A stretch of DNA of 64,000 nucleotides from the human T2T-CHM13v2.0 reference genome, Homo sapiens: NCBI RefSeq assembly GCF_009914755.1, contig NC_060932.1; one strand, 5' to 3'. This document shows positions 24,812-38,489 of this stretch, piece after piece; the first letter of the stretch is position 1, and each line of letters begins with the position of its first letter. The position numbers and the translations under genes were made by a program. The notes under the pieces were generated by a model. That model did no database searches. It had not been told where the DNA came from and saw nothing but the letters and a program-made list of their open reading frames with translations.

Positions 24812-25094
24812 ATTCAAAATCTTTCTAGACAAGGAAGGAATCACCAGTAGCACTGCTGGGCTATGGGTAGGTGGGCAACTACCTACTAGGTGTAAATCTG
24901 TCAACCAAAAAAGTAAATTATGGTGGCTTTAAGGGAGAAAATGTTCCTCTGAATGTGTTTAAAATCCCATGGGTGTAGCTACTTAAATGAAGAAATCTGG
25001 TGAGTACTTAGCTATTTAAAATTTAATTCTTTGCAGGTACTTACTTTACAAGAAGTATTCTTATATAGAGAGATTCATATTGCTATAAATATGT

Positions 25095-25320
25095 ACATAA
25101 TAGCTAACATGCGCTTACCACTGGCAGACACTATGCTGTTATTTAATAGGCAATAATCCTATGAATTAGTATTATTAGTATCACCATTTTTCAGAATTTA
25201 AGTTTTCAGAGGCACCAAGAGTTTGAACTTTAAGACATTTAGCTAATAAAAAAATGTGGCCAGGATTTGAATCCAAGGGAACTGAATTTTGGAGCTGGCA
25301 CTCTTAAACACTATACAATG
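25095..25320 (-). mobile_element. MIR SINE remnant
   Basis: ataatagctaacat...tattattagtatcaccatttttcaga...ccaggatttgaatcca. Confidence 0.6.
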
Positions 25321-26299
25321 CAGTTAAATATATGTAGTTTACTGCCCATAATAAATTTTTCCAAAAAAGAGATGGCTTCTTAAAAATTTTAAATTAGATT
25401 CAGATTAGTATAGACACTTGCAAGTCAATGATGCTTAAAAACTAAACTAAAACCCTATGCCAGTTGAGTGTTTATTTCCTGGAATGTTTACTCACATACA
25501 CCTTATGGTGGAGAGGGGAGTTTATAATTGGCCACAGAGCCTGAGACCTAATATTTTTGAAATCATAATATATTTTACAGTACTTCACAATTTACAAAGC
25601 ATATTTACATACATTGTATCACATGAACCTCAAAATAATGCTGTGAAATGGGGCAGATAATTCTGTAAACAGGCATTATTCTTAACTTTATAGATGATTA
25701 ATGAGGCTTACAATGATAAGTCATTTCCTTAAATAACACAATTCTCTCAAAATCTAAGATGTTCCAAATGACTGAATGCATTATGAATTAGCCTATCATA
25801 GGCTTTATCATCTGTCACATAACATTTAAAAAAAGATTTCTCACAATAAACCAAAATAAAATTTTACTTTATTTTATTTCTGCTTTATCTACAATAAATA
25901 TTATAATTCAACAGTAATTACTATTGTTGAACTAGCAAAACCCACATAACAAAATAAAAATCAGAACATGAAAAGCTATAGTAAGGAGAATGAGAACAAG
26001 TATGGATCATAAAATCCAGAATTAGGAGCGAAATGGTCCAAAAATTATGAGATTAAGATCAATGATTACATAAAGCACTCAGCATTTTTGTAATTACTTA
26101 AATTTGTAAAGTGCCTTCAAAAATTTGTTACTCTTTTATAATCCCTAAGAGATCACTGAGAGACAATAATAGCCTTTACACAGCAGATGAAGAACATTTT
26201 GAAAGTACTATGAAATTCAGTTATTATTTTTGTTTAAAAGAAAACATCTTGTGATTCTAAATCACAAGAGCCCGAAATTCTTTCTGAATATAAGCAATG

Positions 26300-28020
26300 C
26301 CATTTACAAACATTCCTGCTGCACCCATCTTCTACACCCCCTGTTGTAATGAATTCGCATACCTGCCTCCGATTACAGGCTGGATTGCCCCAAAGTAGTC
26401 TTCTCAGAAACCTATCTACACAGTTAGCTTCTTTCTCTTGTGCATCTTCAAACTCTCTTTGTCTTTAGCATCAACATGATATACTTTCTGATATTTCCCA
26501 TCTTAAACTTTTATTGTTTTTTCTTATCTCAAGAAAACCCTGCCTTGACTCACGGCCATTCCTCCAGTTGTCACAATTCCATCCCTCTTCTCCTTTAGAA
26601 AGTCAAACTTCTCAAAGTATGGAGAAAACAATAACCATATTTTAAATTGGCAATCAAACTTCAACTTGCTCCATACTGGCTTCTGATCCCCTAATGCTCT
26701 CCAAATTCCTCTTGTTAGGTCGCCAAAGTTAAATGAATTCTTTTTAGTTTCTATCTTATTTGGCCCCTCCAGCTGTACTTGATACTTTGTCCACACCTTT
26801 CCTTCTTGAAACCTCCCTCTCTTGGCTCCTACAACACCATGCTCTCTTTTCTCCTAAATTTATGGCCATTTCTCAATCTCCTTTATTGGCTTCTTCTCAA
26901 CTACTAAATGTTAGAACTACTCAGGACTCTGGGCTTTTACTATATACTCCATTTCCTAGGCAGTCTCATACATGCCCTGGGCTTTAAATACCATCTATCT
27001 GATAGTATCTCTAATATAGATCTGTCTTCTGAGTTCCAGAACTTAGCAATTCTATTAGATGTCTCCTGGGTATTGCAATACTCAGTAAGTTCATATCTGA
27101 CAGAGACCTTCTAAACTGTTTATCTTTTAACCTTTCCTATTTCACTAAATGGCTCTTCCACCATCCAACTAGTTGCAAATGCTAAGAACCTACCATATTC
27201 AAATGTTGCCATGCCTTGTGGTGTTCATACTACTTACCAAGATATGTCAAATCGATGTCCTCCTCTTCATCTGCTGTCATCTCCCCAGTCAAAGCCCTCT
27301 TATCTTGAGCACACTGTTTCAATAGCTTCCTAACTAGTTTCCTTCTATCTTTGCTCCCCTCCAATTCACTCTCCATACAGCAGCCAGAATTATTGTTTAA
27401 AAATGTATACTGGGTCATGTCCTGCCCCTAAGATACGGAAATGGCTCTTTCTTGCATATGAAATCCAAATGCGGCCTTGCCTGAATCTAATCCTGCCTAG
27501 GTCTGCAGCTTCAGCTTGTGCTACTCTAGCCATTACTCCTATGTTTCCATCATGACTGATTCTCTTTCAGTTTCTCAGATTCACCAAGCTCTTTGCATGT
27601 GAATTGGGAGTAAAATGGTCCAAAAATTAAGAGGTTAGGATTAAATGATTACATGCCTTTCCTTTGCTTAGAATGTTGTTCCACACTCCCCACTTTGGCT
27701 TCAAGACTTTGTTAACACAGTTCTGTCTACTGAGAGTGTCCTTTCCCTCATCTCTGCCTGATGAAGTTCTATTCATCTTTAGGACTGATCTTAAATGTCA
27801 TCTTCATAAAGTCTTCCTGGTCAAATTTTCCCTGTAAGCAGACTGAGTTACTTTTTTCTCCATATACCTAAAGATAATTTTGCATATGTCTCTGTTATAA
27901 CATTTATCACCGTACTGCAATCATTTTTTAAATTTCTGCCACATTAGAACTGTACAATATGAGATACGTGAATATAGGACTGGGCCTTCTTTAGATCCCC
28001 AAATTTAGCAGGTGCCTAAC
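26300..28020 (+). mobile_element. Long degraded L2
   Basis: L2 hallmarks: ccttccttcttgaaac, ggctttaaataccatcta, ctccatacagcagccaga, cttaaatgtcatctt. Confidence 0.75.
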
Positions 28021-29958
28021 ATCATCCAATCTGTCACCCATTAATATTGCTTTAAGAATAAGAGCCATCTTACATGGCAACAACCACTAGTGAAGATTGT
28101 ATTTATTAACTTGTTAGTGTTTGTCATCACGGTGACATACACATATTCAGAAAAATGAGTCAATATTAATAATTAAAGACGTTACTGTGATGAAGTTTCC
28201 TGAAATCTGAGCTCATCTGTATACCCATATCCAATGACTTGAATGTCTCAATCAATTCATTGGCTAGCACAATTCTCAAGCCTTATTAGGGACCATAATT
28301 TCTATGGTTGACATCTTAATGCTGAGTAGGAGCCGGAAGCTTTGTGGACTCTCAGGTTCATGCACCTGAAAGTCCTGTGCTTAAGTGTGTGCATGATCTT
28401 GCTCAGAAGCACCAAGAACAGGGGTGAGAAGAGAGAATGTAGAACATCCATTGTTATACAAGAGGCAGTGACAACAGAGATGGCCTATTTAACTTACTTC
28501 AAAAGCCTTTAATTCTCAAGCACCAGGAAAACAATTTTAGAGCTGACTACAATAGATCTTTTGCTAGACTGTTCTGAAGACTAGTTTTTTAGAAAGTAAA
28601 ACCATATTACCAGAATATTAATCCACAATAAGGTTGAATACAATTTGTTAAAGAACAGACTCCATGTACTATTACAAAAATGAGGTCTGACCTGAAACAC
28701 CATCCATTTGAAATATTTAAAAATAAAAATAGACAACTCTCTTAAGGAGGTTTTTTAAAGCATCATCTGATATCTACGCTATGATAAAAGTCAGCATCAA
28801 GTTTAAAGAAGTGAAACAAAACACTGTCACCATGCCCCTATGAGCTAAAACTTTGAGAATTATAAATGGCGGATTTAACAATGATAACCTTTCCATTCTT
28901 TTGCCAGACGCGAAACAAATTATGCTAGTTCCTCCTCTAGAATTTCTTGCTTTTTCTGCCTATGACCTTCTCAGCTCACCCACAAGCAGCACCATTCATT
29001 GACTGAACTGTTATTTGACAGTTTGTCATAATCAAATACGGTAAGCAGAGTATCACGATGTTCTAGTTCACTTTAAAGCAAACTATTTAGGACTATAAAT
29101 TCCATCTAGGCCTTAGATACACTTCAAGGCAAAGGTAGGGATACTGGGCAGAGAAAACACCAAGATTTGACTTTTACTCCAACATGTACCTAAGTGTAGA
29201 CTGGAAGTTTGTATTCAAAACATTGGGGGAGAAAAGTTTAATGTTACCTGTGTATTCAACATATAATATCCTCTGTTTTATCCAGATAATTCATCAAAAT
29301 CAGAGGCATGCAAGGAAGGTGAGAATCAGGCTGTGATTTGCTTACAGATATGAAATCTTGGGAGCAACTCAGTCCAGTGAAGAGACTTTTATTGCCCCAC
29401 AAACTCTAATATTGGGCAGACTTGGGTTTTTACTGGTTAGGTGATGAAAAGTCCAAGGTAATTATCAGGACTAATTAGAATTACAAAGGACACTGACACG
29501 GGGTCACTGTAATAAAGTTATACTTTATATTTACCAGCAGTCTTAGACGGCTATGGGTAAATGTTCTGGCTCTGCGGGCCCCTGAAAAGCAGGATTTTCA
29601 TTCCAACAGAAAAAGGAAAAAAACTGATTCCAGGTGGAACCAATGTTGCTTCCCCACCCTTTTTTCAGTTCAGAGTTGACAATCATGTTATAAAATGAAA
29701 AAGGCAAATGCATGAACAGATTTTAGTGTTGCATAAAACAAAACTTACCACAAAACTAATGTGGCTTTGTTAATGATATGAATAATAGATTCTGGGTAAA
29801 TGGTAATTATTCATAATTAATTTCATTTCAAAAACAGCCATAGCCAAAATTATTTTTACACAGTCAACTCAAAATGTTTCCAAATTCTCTAACATCTATA
29901 AATTAAATCACTCTTGATGATTTCCACTACAACCATGCAAGGCTTAATACTTTTACAA

Positions 29959-30504
29959 CAAAGGAATTTAGAATATGTCACCCCAAAATACATTACTCTG
30001 GCATACTGACTATTTTGAGTAAAAGGTACTTGAAAAACAGCAACTGCAAGAACTCTCTGACCTTTCTTCTTCATAAAAGCAGGAAATGAAATTCCCGTGT
30101 GAAAGACAGCCTCCCTCTACCAGAAGGAAAGCATCATTCTTATCATCAAGGACGGGAAGCTGAGACCGAGGAAAATCTGTACAAACAAACCTTGTTAAGC
30201 TAACCCTTATCTTCCTCGTTACTTCTCTGCCCAATTACCTACTCTGCCCAAGCTCCTCTGCCTTGTCACAGTTTCACAATTTACTACTCTTTCGCCAAAA
30301 GAGTAGTAAATTCAGTATATAAGTTTTCAATTCTAACTGCATCTGTGGGTCTTCATTTCCTTACAAAGGCTCCTTGCCATGTAAAATTCATAAGAAATAA
30401 ATTTCTATGTTTTTCTCCTGTTGATCTATCTATGTCAATCTAATTCTTAGGCCTAGCTGAAATACCCCAAAAACTGGTAAAGGTACAATTTCACCTCACC
30501 TACA
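29959..30504 (+). mobile_element. MER34-family solo LTR (ERV1)
   Basis: agaatatgtcaccccaaaata...ctattttgag start, TATA-like agtatataag, AATAAA near 30397, ends cctaca. Confidence 0.75.
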
Positions 30505-30794
30505 ACACATACATATCCTTTAAAAACATCTTTCTCAACCCCAACTCCCTAGCAGCCATGGTGCACCCTCAATGTCCGTGTTTGAGAATTAAGGGTTCCT
30601 GAGCTTTTCTCCTCTGCAAATCCCACTCATGGGTCCTTCACCAAATGTCCATTAGCAATTCATTCAGCCATTTCCTATCTCAGTCTCCACCAGAAAGGGC
30701 CACCCCTGCAGCTCTGAAATGCTTGAGGGGCTTGGGAAGCTGAAATTCTGTGGTATAAGGTTTCAATGGCTAGCCTCGCATAATCATCACACTT

Positions 30795-30829
30795 GGCGGG
30801 GGGGGGGGGGGGGGGTGGGCGGGGGGGGG
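30795..30829 (+). repeat. Poly-G tract (G-quadruplex-capable)
   Basis: ggc-G18-t-ggg-c-G9. Confidence 0.9.
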
Positions 30830-30894
30830 CCCTAATGAAGGCAAGGGAGAGGGAAGGGAAAGGACACAGAGAAAAGCCTTCAGGAGTCTGTTTC

Positions 30895-31077
30895 AGGGCA
30901 TCTCAGTCTTGGCACTAATGAACGTTTGGTGGGGTCAGGGGTAATTCTTGGTTGTGAGGGGCTGTCCTGTGCTTTGTAGGATGTTTAGCAGCATCCCCAG
31001 CGTCTATTCACAAGATGCCAGTAGCTTTCCCCAAGTTTGGACAACCCAAATAAATCACCCCTGGTTGAGAACCAGCA
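30895..31077 (+). mobile_element. MER20 (hAT-Charlie)
   Basis: ggggctgtcctgtgctttgtaggatgtttagcagcatcccc...gatgccagtagc...cctggttgagaacca. Confidence 0.85.
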
Positions 31078-32267
31078 GTCTACTCTAGAGTCTTGAGCAT
31101 AGAGAGGTATAGGAAGAAAATTAAACAGAGGAAAGAACCTGAATTCAGACAGACCCCTGGGCTATGTGTAGAAGAAGCAAGTGGCTCTTGGTCACATGCT
31201 GCTCTTTGTGAACATGACTCAATGTAGCGGAAATTTGAGAGTGAGCACAAGGACAAGAGGAATGGAAGTCAGGAAATGAGAGGAATCTGTAAGGAAGAAT
31301 TCCAACCCAAATACTCTGCCCCTCACTCACAAGGTGATCCCTATGTATCTACTGAAGAGTACTCAAACTCTTTTTCTTAAGGCGCTGGTTTATAAAGGCC
31401 ATCAGGAAGCAGACTGAGATTTGGGGGTGGGGTGGAAGAAGGGGAGTTGGGAGGTAGAGAAGGGTTTCCCCTACCTAAACTAAGCTTGGGCTTAAGATCC
31501 ATCGAGTTCGCCTCCCGAGCAGAGCAAAGAACTGAAACATGCGAGAGGGTTGCTGTGAAGCATTTTAGCCAACTTTTCCAAGCCAGATGCCTGGAGTTCT
31601 CACTGAGGAAGCTGGCAGAACCTAGAAAAATCCTTATTACTCCCTCAAATTTGCAGAGGGACTTCAGATGACTAAAACTAGCTGCAGGAAAGAAAAAAGA
31701 CATTTTCTTTTCTGCCTAGCCATTTATAAAGTTTTTTAACTTGCAGAAAATCACTGAAGTTCTTTCAGTTTCGGAGCCTCTCAAATAAAGTGGAAATACT
31801 ATAAACACATGTCACAGAGATGTTCTGAAGATTACATGAGACCACAGATGTTAAAGGGCCTAGCACAAAGGTGGCACAGGTGGCTCCCTACCCTCTGTCT
31901 CTCCTTCATTTTTAGTTTTCTTTGGGCTCATGCACCACATGCCCACATCTGTGCCACCAGAGCTTTCTCTATCTGCTCTTATACACTATATTTACGAGCT
32001 TCTGTCGTTATCTTGTTCTGCGATTTTCCTCTCTCCCTATGTTCCTGATGAGGTGGCAGTGGTACTTGCTGCTAAATACATCTAAGTCCTTTCATCACTG
32101 GTGACAAGAGTTCATGTGAGAGGTAGCAGTGGAGAAGATGCAGGAAAAAGAATGCCATAGTGAGGATGACATACTTCATCACTGTTTTACCCTTGGCAGC
32201 TCTCACTCCACCTGCATGAAGACATGAAAAAATCTCTTTCTGCGTGATAGTGCAGGTGTGTAGTTTA

Positions 32268-32630
<363 letters not shown>

Positions 32631-32639
32631 TCAGCTTTT

Positions 32640-33600
32640 GCTAGGTCAGAGAAAGTTCTTAACAGACTAACTCTTTTGCAGATAATAAACTGTGGACAAA
32701 ACACAAAAACCAACTACTGAAGTCTCTAAAGAATGAACAAAAACACATTCTTCCCCCTCCACAAGAAAACATTTACAATGTCTGGGATGTAATCCAAAAT
32801 TACTTGACATATGAAGAATCTGGAAAATGCAATCCACCCCCAATGGAAAAGACAATCAACAGAAGCCAACCTTGATACGACCCAGATATCAGAAATAACA
32901 AGACTTTAAAGCAGCTATAATTACTGCTGAGGTAAGAGAAGACATGCTCATTATGGATGAAAAGAATGGGAAATCTCAGCAGAGAAACTAGAAATATAAC
33001 AACAACAAAAACAAATAGGAGCTTTAAAACTTGAAAAATTCAATATCTGAAATAAAAAGCTTACTGGATAGGCTTAATAGCAGAATGAAGATGACAAAAA
33101 ATTGATTGGAAAAAGGTCAGTGAAAATTACCCAATCTGAAGAGGAGAGAGAAAAAAATTTAAAAAGAAAGTGTTTCAGGACCCTCTGAAGTCCCAGAAGG
33201 TGGGGAATGAGAGAAAGTGGTGGGAAAAAACATCAGCATAAATTATAGCTAAAAACAGTCCTAAATTTGGCAAGAGATAAATTTATAAATTCAAGAAGCT
33301 CATGAACTGTAAAGAAGATTAAAAACAACATCAATCACAAAAATAAATGCCTAGGTTGATAGAAACCAAAAATAAAAAAGTTGTGAAAGGAGACAGAGAG
33401 AAAAAAACATATACAGGGCAACAATTGGAATCATCGGACTTCTCTTTAGAAAATATGAAGTCCAGAAGACACCTGGAACAATATTTTAAACTTTCTGAGA
33501 TAGGAGAAGCACACTTCACTTTAAATATAAAGGCACAGACAGGTTAAAGTAAATGGATGTAAAAAGAGCATGCAAACAGTGAATGATTATCGTACTAATA
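32640..33600 (+). mobile_element. Ancient L1M ORF1-region fragments
   Basis: gactttaaagcagctataat, aatctcagcagagaaa, ggcttaatagcagaatg, cagaagacacctggaacaatattttaaa. Confidence 0.7.
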
Positions 33601-34377
33601 TTGGAGGGGGAAGCATATCACCTGCCTAGCTGCCACAGTATGATTTCAAAAAAAACAAGAACATTCACCAAGAACAAACAAAAAAACCTCTTCAAATAGA
33701 CCATGGAACTGAATTCAAACTTGTATCTGATAACAGCGATGACAACATCTCTCTATAACAATCCTGACCAGCATATATCACAATTACTACAGAGGCTACT
33801 GACAAGAAATCCAACCTTGGTATGCTGTACACGACTGTCCTCCCACCCTCCCAGTGAAATCAAACAAAATTAATAATAGTCTACTACATCAGAGGGACTC
33901 CATTTGGGGGAAAGTTTCAGGCTATGCTCTTGCCTCAAAATTGGTGGGGAAAACACATAGACATATACATACACACAAAGCAAATACAGCAAAATGTTCA
34001 AAATTGTTGAATCTAAGTAGTAAATGTTAAGTGTTTATTGTACTATTTTTCAGCTTTTTGAATATATTAAAATTTTTTATACTGAAAAAAGAGAAAAATT
34101 AGCCAGAAGAGCTTTATTCAAAATACCTTCCCCTCTCTTTCCTTCACATTTTGATATATTCTTGTTGGGGAGGTGTATCAGGATATTAACTGTATCTTTT
34201 GATACGAAAAAAAGTCACATGATTCTGGTATATTTCAACCACTGCTAGAAAATCCACATGGATAAATGCTAGAATGAGGGCTAGGACTTTTTCTAGTTTG
34301 TCCATTACTGCATCTAGTATATTTTCAAGGAAAAAATGTTCAATGAATAAATGAAAAATAGCTACCCTAGATGTTTA

Positions 34378-34836
34378 ATAAAAAAGACATCTGCACTTGT
34401 ATGTTTACTGTGGCACAATTCACAGTCGCAAAGATATGGAATTAACCTAAGTGCTCATCTACAGATGAGTGGATAAAGAAAATGTGTTATATCTATATCA
34501 TGGAATACTACTCAGCCATAAAAAGTAACATCTTTTGTAGCAACTTGGATGGAACTGGAGGCCATTATCCTAAGTGAAGTAACTCAGGAAAGGAAAACCA
34601 AATACTGCATGTTTTTACTTATAAGTGGGAGCTAAGCTACGGATATGCAAAGGCATGCAGAGTGGTATAATGGACATTGGAGACTCAGAATGGGGATGTG
34701 GGACTGAAAAAATCACCTACTGGGTACACTATTCGGGTGATGGGTACACTAGCAGCCCAGCTTCACTATTATACAACTTGCCCATGCAACCAAAAACCAC
34801 TAGTATCCCTAAAGCTATTGAAAAAAAAAAAAAAAA
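34378..34836 (+). mobile_element. L1PB-type 3' end (L1PB4-like)
   Basis: ggatggaactggaggccattatcctaagtgaa...agagtggtataatggacattggagactcagaa...cctaaagctattgaa followed by an A-tail. Confidence 0.88.
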
Positions 34837-37179
34837 CTTAGTAAGCCTCCTAGACTTTATAATCTCAAGACACGACTTTTTAACATAAATTCTGAACATT
34901 ATCTGGAAAAACTGTTGACTGGAATACGTTTGTTTGGTATTTTTTCAAGGATAGAATGATGTTTTGATAATCAGACTTCTCCTTTACTTGTCACTTAGTA
35001 ACCTTCTATACTAAAAAAATTTAGTCATTGAAGTGTAACATGTATTCAACTGAAGCTAGTTGAATTCTCACGTTTCTCACACTCCCCTTGAGCTGGCATC
35101 AAAGATTAACTTAAAAGGTCATGAAGGAATTCAAATTCAAGGAATTCAAATTTCCAGCATGCCCATCTTGACACTTTGAAATAAATATAAACACATCCTG
35201 ATGTCACTTCATTACAGCATTCCCTTCCCAAGGAGCTCTAAAAAGAAAATAACCTGCAGGTGAATTTTTGACATGCAAGTCTTGAAGATAAAACAATATA
35301 GCATTCTTCCAGATCAGTTATATGCTTTAAAAGCATTATTTCTCCCTGAATAAAAATGAATCCAAAGGCTGTGATTCCTAAGAACAACTGAAGTTAAAGC
35401 TAAATGTTCTCAAAACAATTTTACATAGCTCATTCTAAATGTTCTTTACCAACTTTTAAATAAGAATGACAAATAAGAGACAGTCAAATGTTTTTATGGA
35501 TCTTCTGAATAAACTACGTAAAGATAAAAAATACATGTAAGTATAAAATACAATTTGTAAATGAGGGCCGGGATTAGCAATGCCAGGATGGATAAAGACA
35601 TGTTTTCTCGCATTTAGGTAACTTTGTCCCCTATGAGATGACCCTCAGAAGTTGTCTCGACGTTTGCTCAGCAGTGATTTGATTCAATGACCAATATTCA
35701 AACAGCACTCCCTTAGAGACTCTACGCATGACCTCTGACTGCTTGGTGCCTAACTCTCCACATATGTCAAACAGAGGGAAGAATAATTGCTAGCTACCTC
35801 CCAGCAATTCTAGAAGATTTAATGAGGCAGGGAGCCAGACCTCCATGGTGAGTCAATTATTCCCTGGGTAGAAGTTATGTTATTTGTGAGGTGCCGTATT
35901 TCTAAGGATAACAGAGTATTGTACAAGCATTACAAATAGGTATTTCTCGATTCCTCAAAGTGTTGACATTAAATCTTTCAGAATAATATACTCACCTAGT
36001 AACAAATAGTCTAATATTTTATAAAACAGTTTGAATTTGATGGAATGAAAGCATACGGATTTTATAATGTTGTTTCTTTTCTGATTATTAGTGAGAGAGA
36101 ACAATCTTTTAGGACAAATGGGTTTAAAGGAATAGACAGATAAGGGAGAAGCTCTCTAACTGAATCCAGACCTATTAAAATGGCGACCAGGTACCATGAC
36201 CTATGTATTTCATTGAGCTGGGGCCAAGTCCAGAGTCCACTAATTTCAGCTTGCTCAAGTCAAGGCTAGGATGCTGCCGTGATAGAAAAGATATGGAACT
36301 GCTGAAGAAATGTAATTCAATTCTTATAAAGAAATGGGGCCCAATATTAACTTACATGATTAATATAACACACATAAATAAAGGCAGTAACAAACACTTA
36401 ATTTTGGATTAGTGATGTCACAGGATCTTTAAATAGTTCATACAGGATGGTCATGCTCTCATAAGTTAAAATGGAGAAAATTGATTTTTTACACCAGATT
36501 AGCCACACAATATTAATCATATAAAATGTTTCCCTGAAAGTCTTGGCATAAAAATGGGCCAATGTGCTCTGTTTTGCCTTTTTCCCCAAAGTAAATTTAG
36601 ATGGGGGTGAGGAGGGAAAACTTTAGAAAGCAATCACAAATTTCAAAATCAATAAATTCAAATTGTTTTTAAGGCAGTAAATACATAGTCCTGCCAAATG
36701 CTGCAGGAAATTGATGTACAATCTGTCTGGCAGTTGGACCATGTGAAAAAATTTTAAAAAGACCTTAAAATAACCAAGATTCTGAAGGCTCAACAAACTT
36801 TGTTTTAGTAAGACAATTTTCCTGGTCCATAAAAAAGATAAGGAAGTAAAAGGTGGGATAACCAATTTAACTTAGGGTGTGGTGAATTATCTTGGGTATC
36901 TTAAATTGGTACTTAATTTGGTCTGGGCTCAGAAGAAATGGTTTACCATGGTGATTAAGACCAGCTGCTAGGTGTCATAGATTTAAATTATACAACAGAA
37001 CACAGGAGTGTGTTTGAACACAGACGGGTAGGACAGTCTCCAAAAAGCTAAGAGTGCCACCTCTGTTCAGTGAAAATTAAGTCAGTTTTTTACTACCCTT
37101 TAAGAGCTGCCTCCACTGATTTGGCCTTGAACATAGACTGAATGAGAAGATTTAGTTTCCCAACACATGTGCCACCATG

Positions 37180-37301
37180 ACTTAAAGACTTAATACTAAG
37201 TCTTTAAGTATTAAAGACTTAATACTAAGTCTTTAAGTATTAAAGACTTAATACTAAGTCCACTAAGTAGACTTAGACTAAAGTCCACTTTAGTCTAAGT
37301 C
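37180..37301. repeat. Palindromic 29-bp tandem repeat (about 2.7 copies) plus terminal 15-bp hairpin
   Basis: Unit ttaaagacttaatactaagtctttaagta at 37182, 37211 and 37240 (partial); gacttagactaaagt-cc-actttagtctaagtc at 37270-37301. Confidence 0.95.
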
Positions 37302-38085
37302 CCACAATTTTTCAGAAAGACCAGGAGGCCATTTAAACAAAGAAAATAATTTCTTTCCTACAAAAATCAGGGGAAATACTAACTTTTGTCATTCAAAATA
37401 GTTTTAGTTTGATACCAAAGTATCCTTATTAACACTTTGAGCAGGGACACCAACATATTTTATTTTATTGTTCACTTAGAAGTTATAAAAGTAGTCTACA
37501 TTAAATGAAAAAATTCAAACAATACCAATATAAAAATGTACTAAATAGTGTAAGTTCACTTTTGACTCTGAACCCCCAGCTACCAAACTCACCAGGGAAA
37601 ACTACTGTGATTTGTTGAAGTGAAGGGAGCGAAGAGTCCACATTAAATTAGAATATAACAGTACAAGTTTATGGACTTTTTACATCAATATATGTACTTT
37701 CAATGTGACTAAACGATTTCACCATTTACTATGCTTTTTCTTTTTCAAAGTAACTATAAAGACAGGTACCTTTGGGGAAGAAAAAAGAAAAGAAAAAAAG
37801 TAAATATAAAGAAAACACTGGAACTAGATTTTCAATGGTGCAGTTAATAAGGATTAGAAAATACTATATATAATAGAAAATATAAGATTTAAAATTTTAA
37901 GATCTTCTTGTTATGACAAATAATATCTATATGCATAATACACATATGTACATGTGTATACATACATATACACAAACTACATATTACAGCATACAAAATA
38001 CTGAGTAACACAATGAATATGATCTTTTTGGATATTCTTGAAAAAAGTAAACTTCATCATTTGATTTATCTAGAAGAATTTTATT

Positions 38086-38387
<302 letters not shown>

Positions 38388-38489
38388 TTATAAATCTAAT
38401 GCTTTAGTGGCAGACCAGGAGACAACCCACATACAAGTGGTCAATTTGAATTTTATCTAGAACCATTACTGTTGCCCTGAAAGCCAGAT

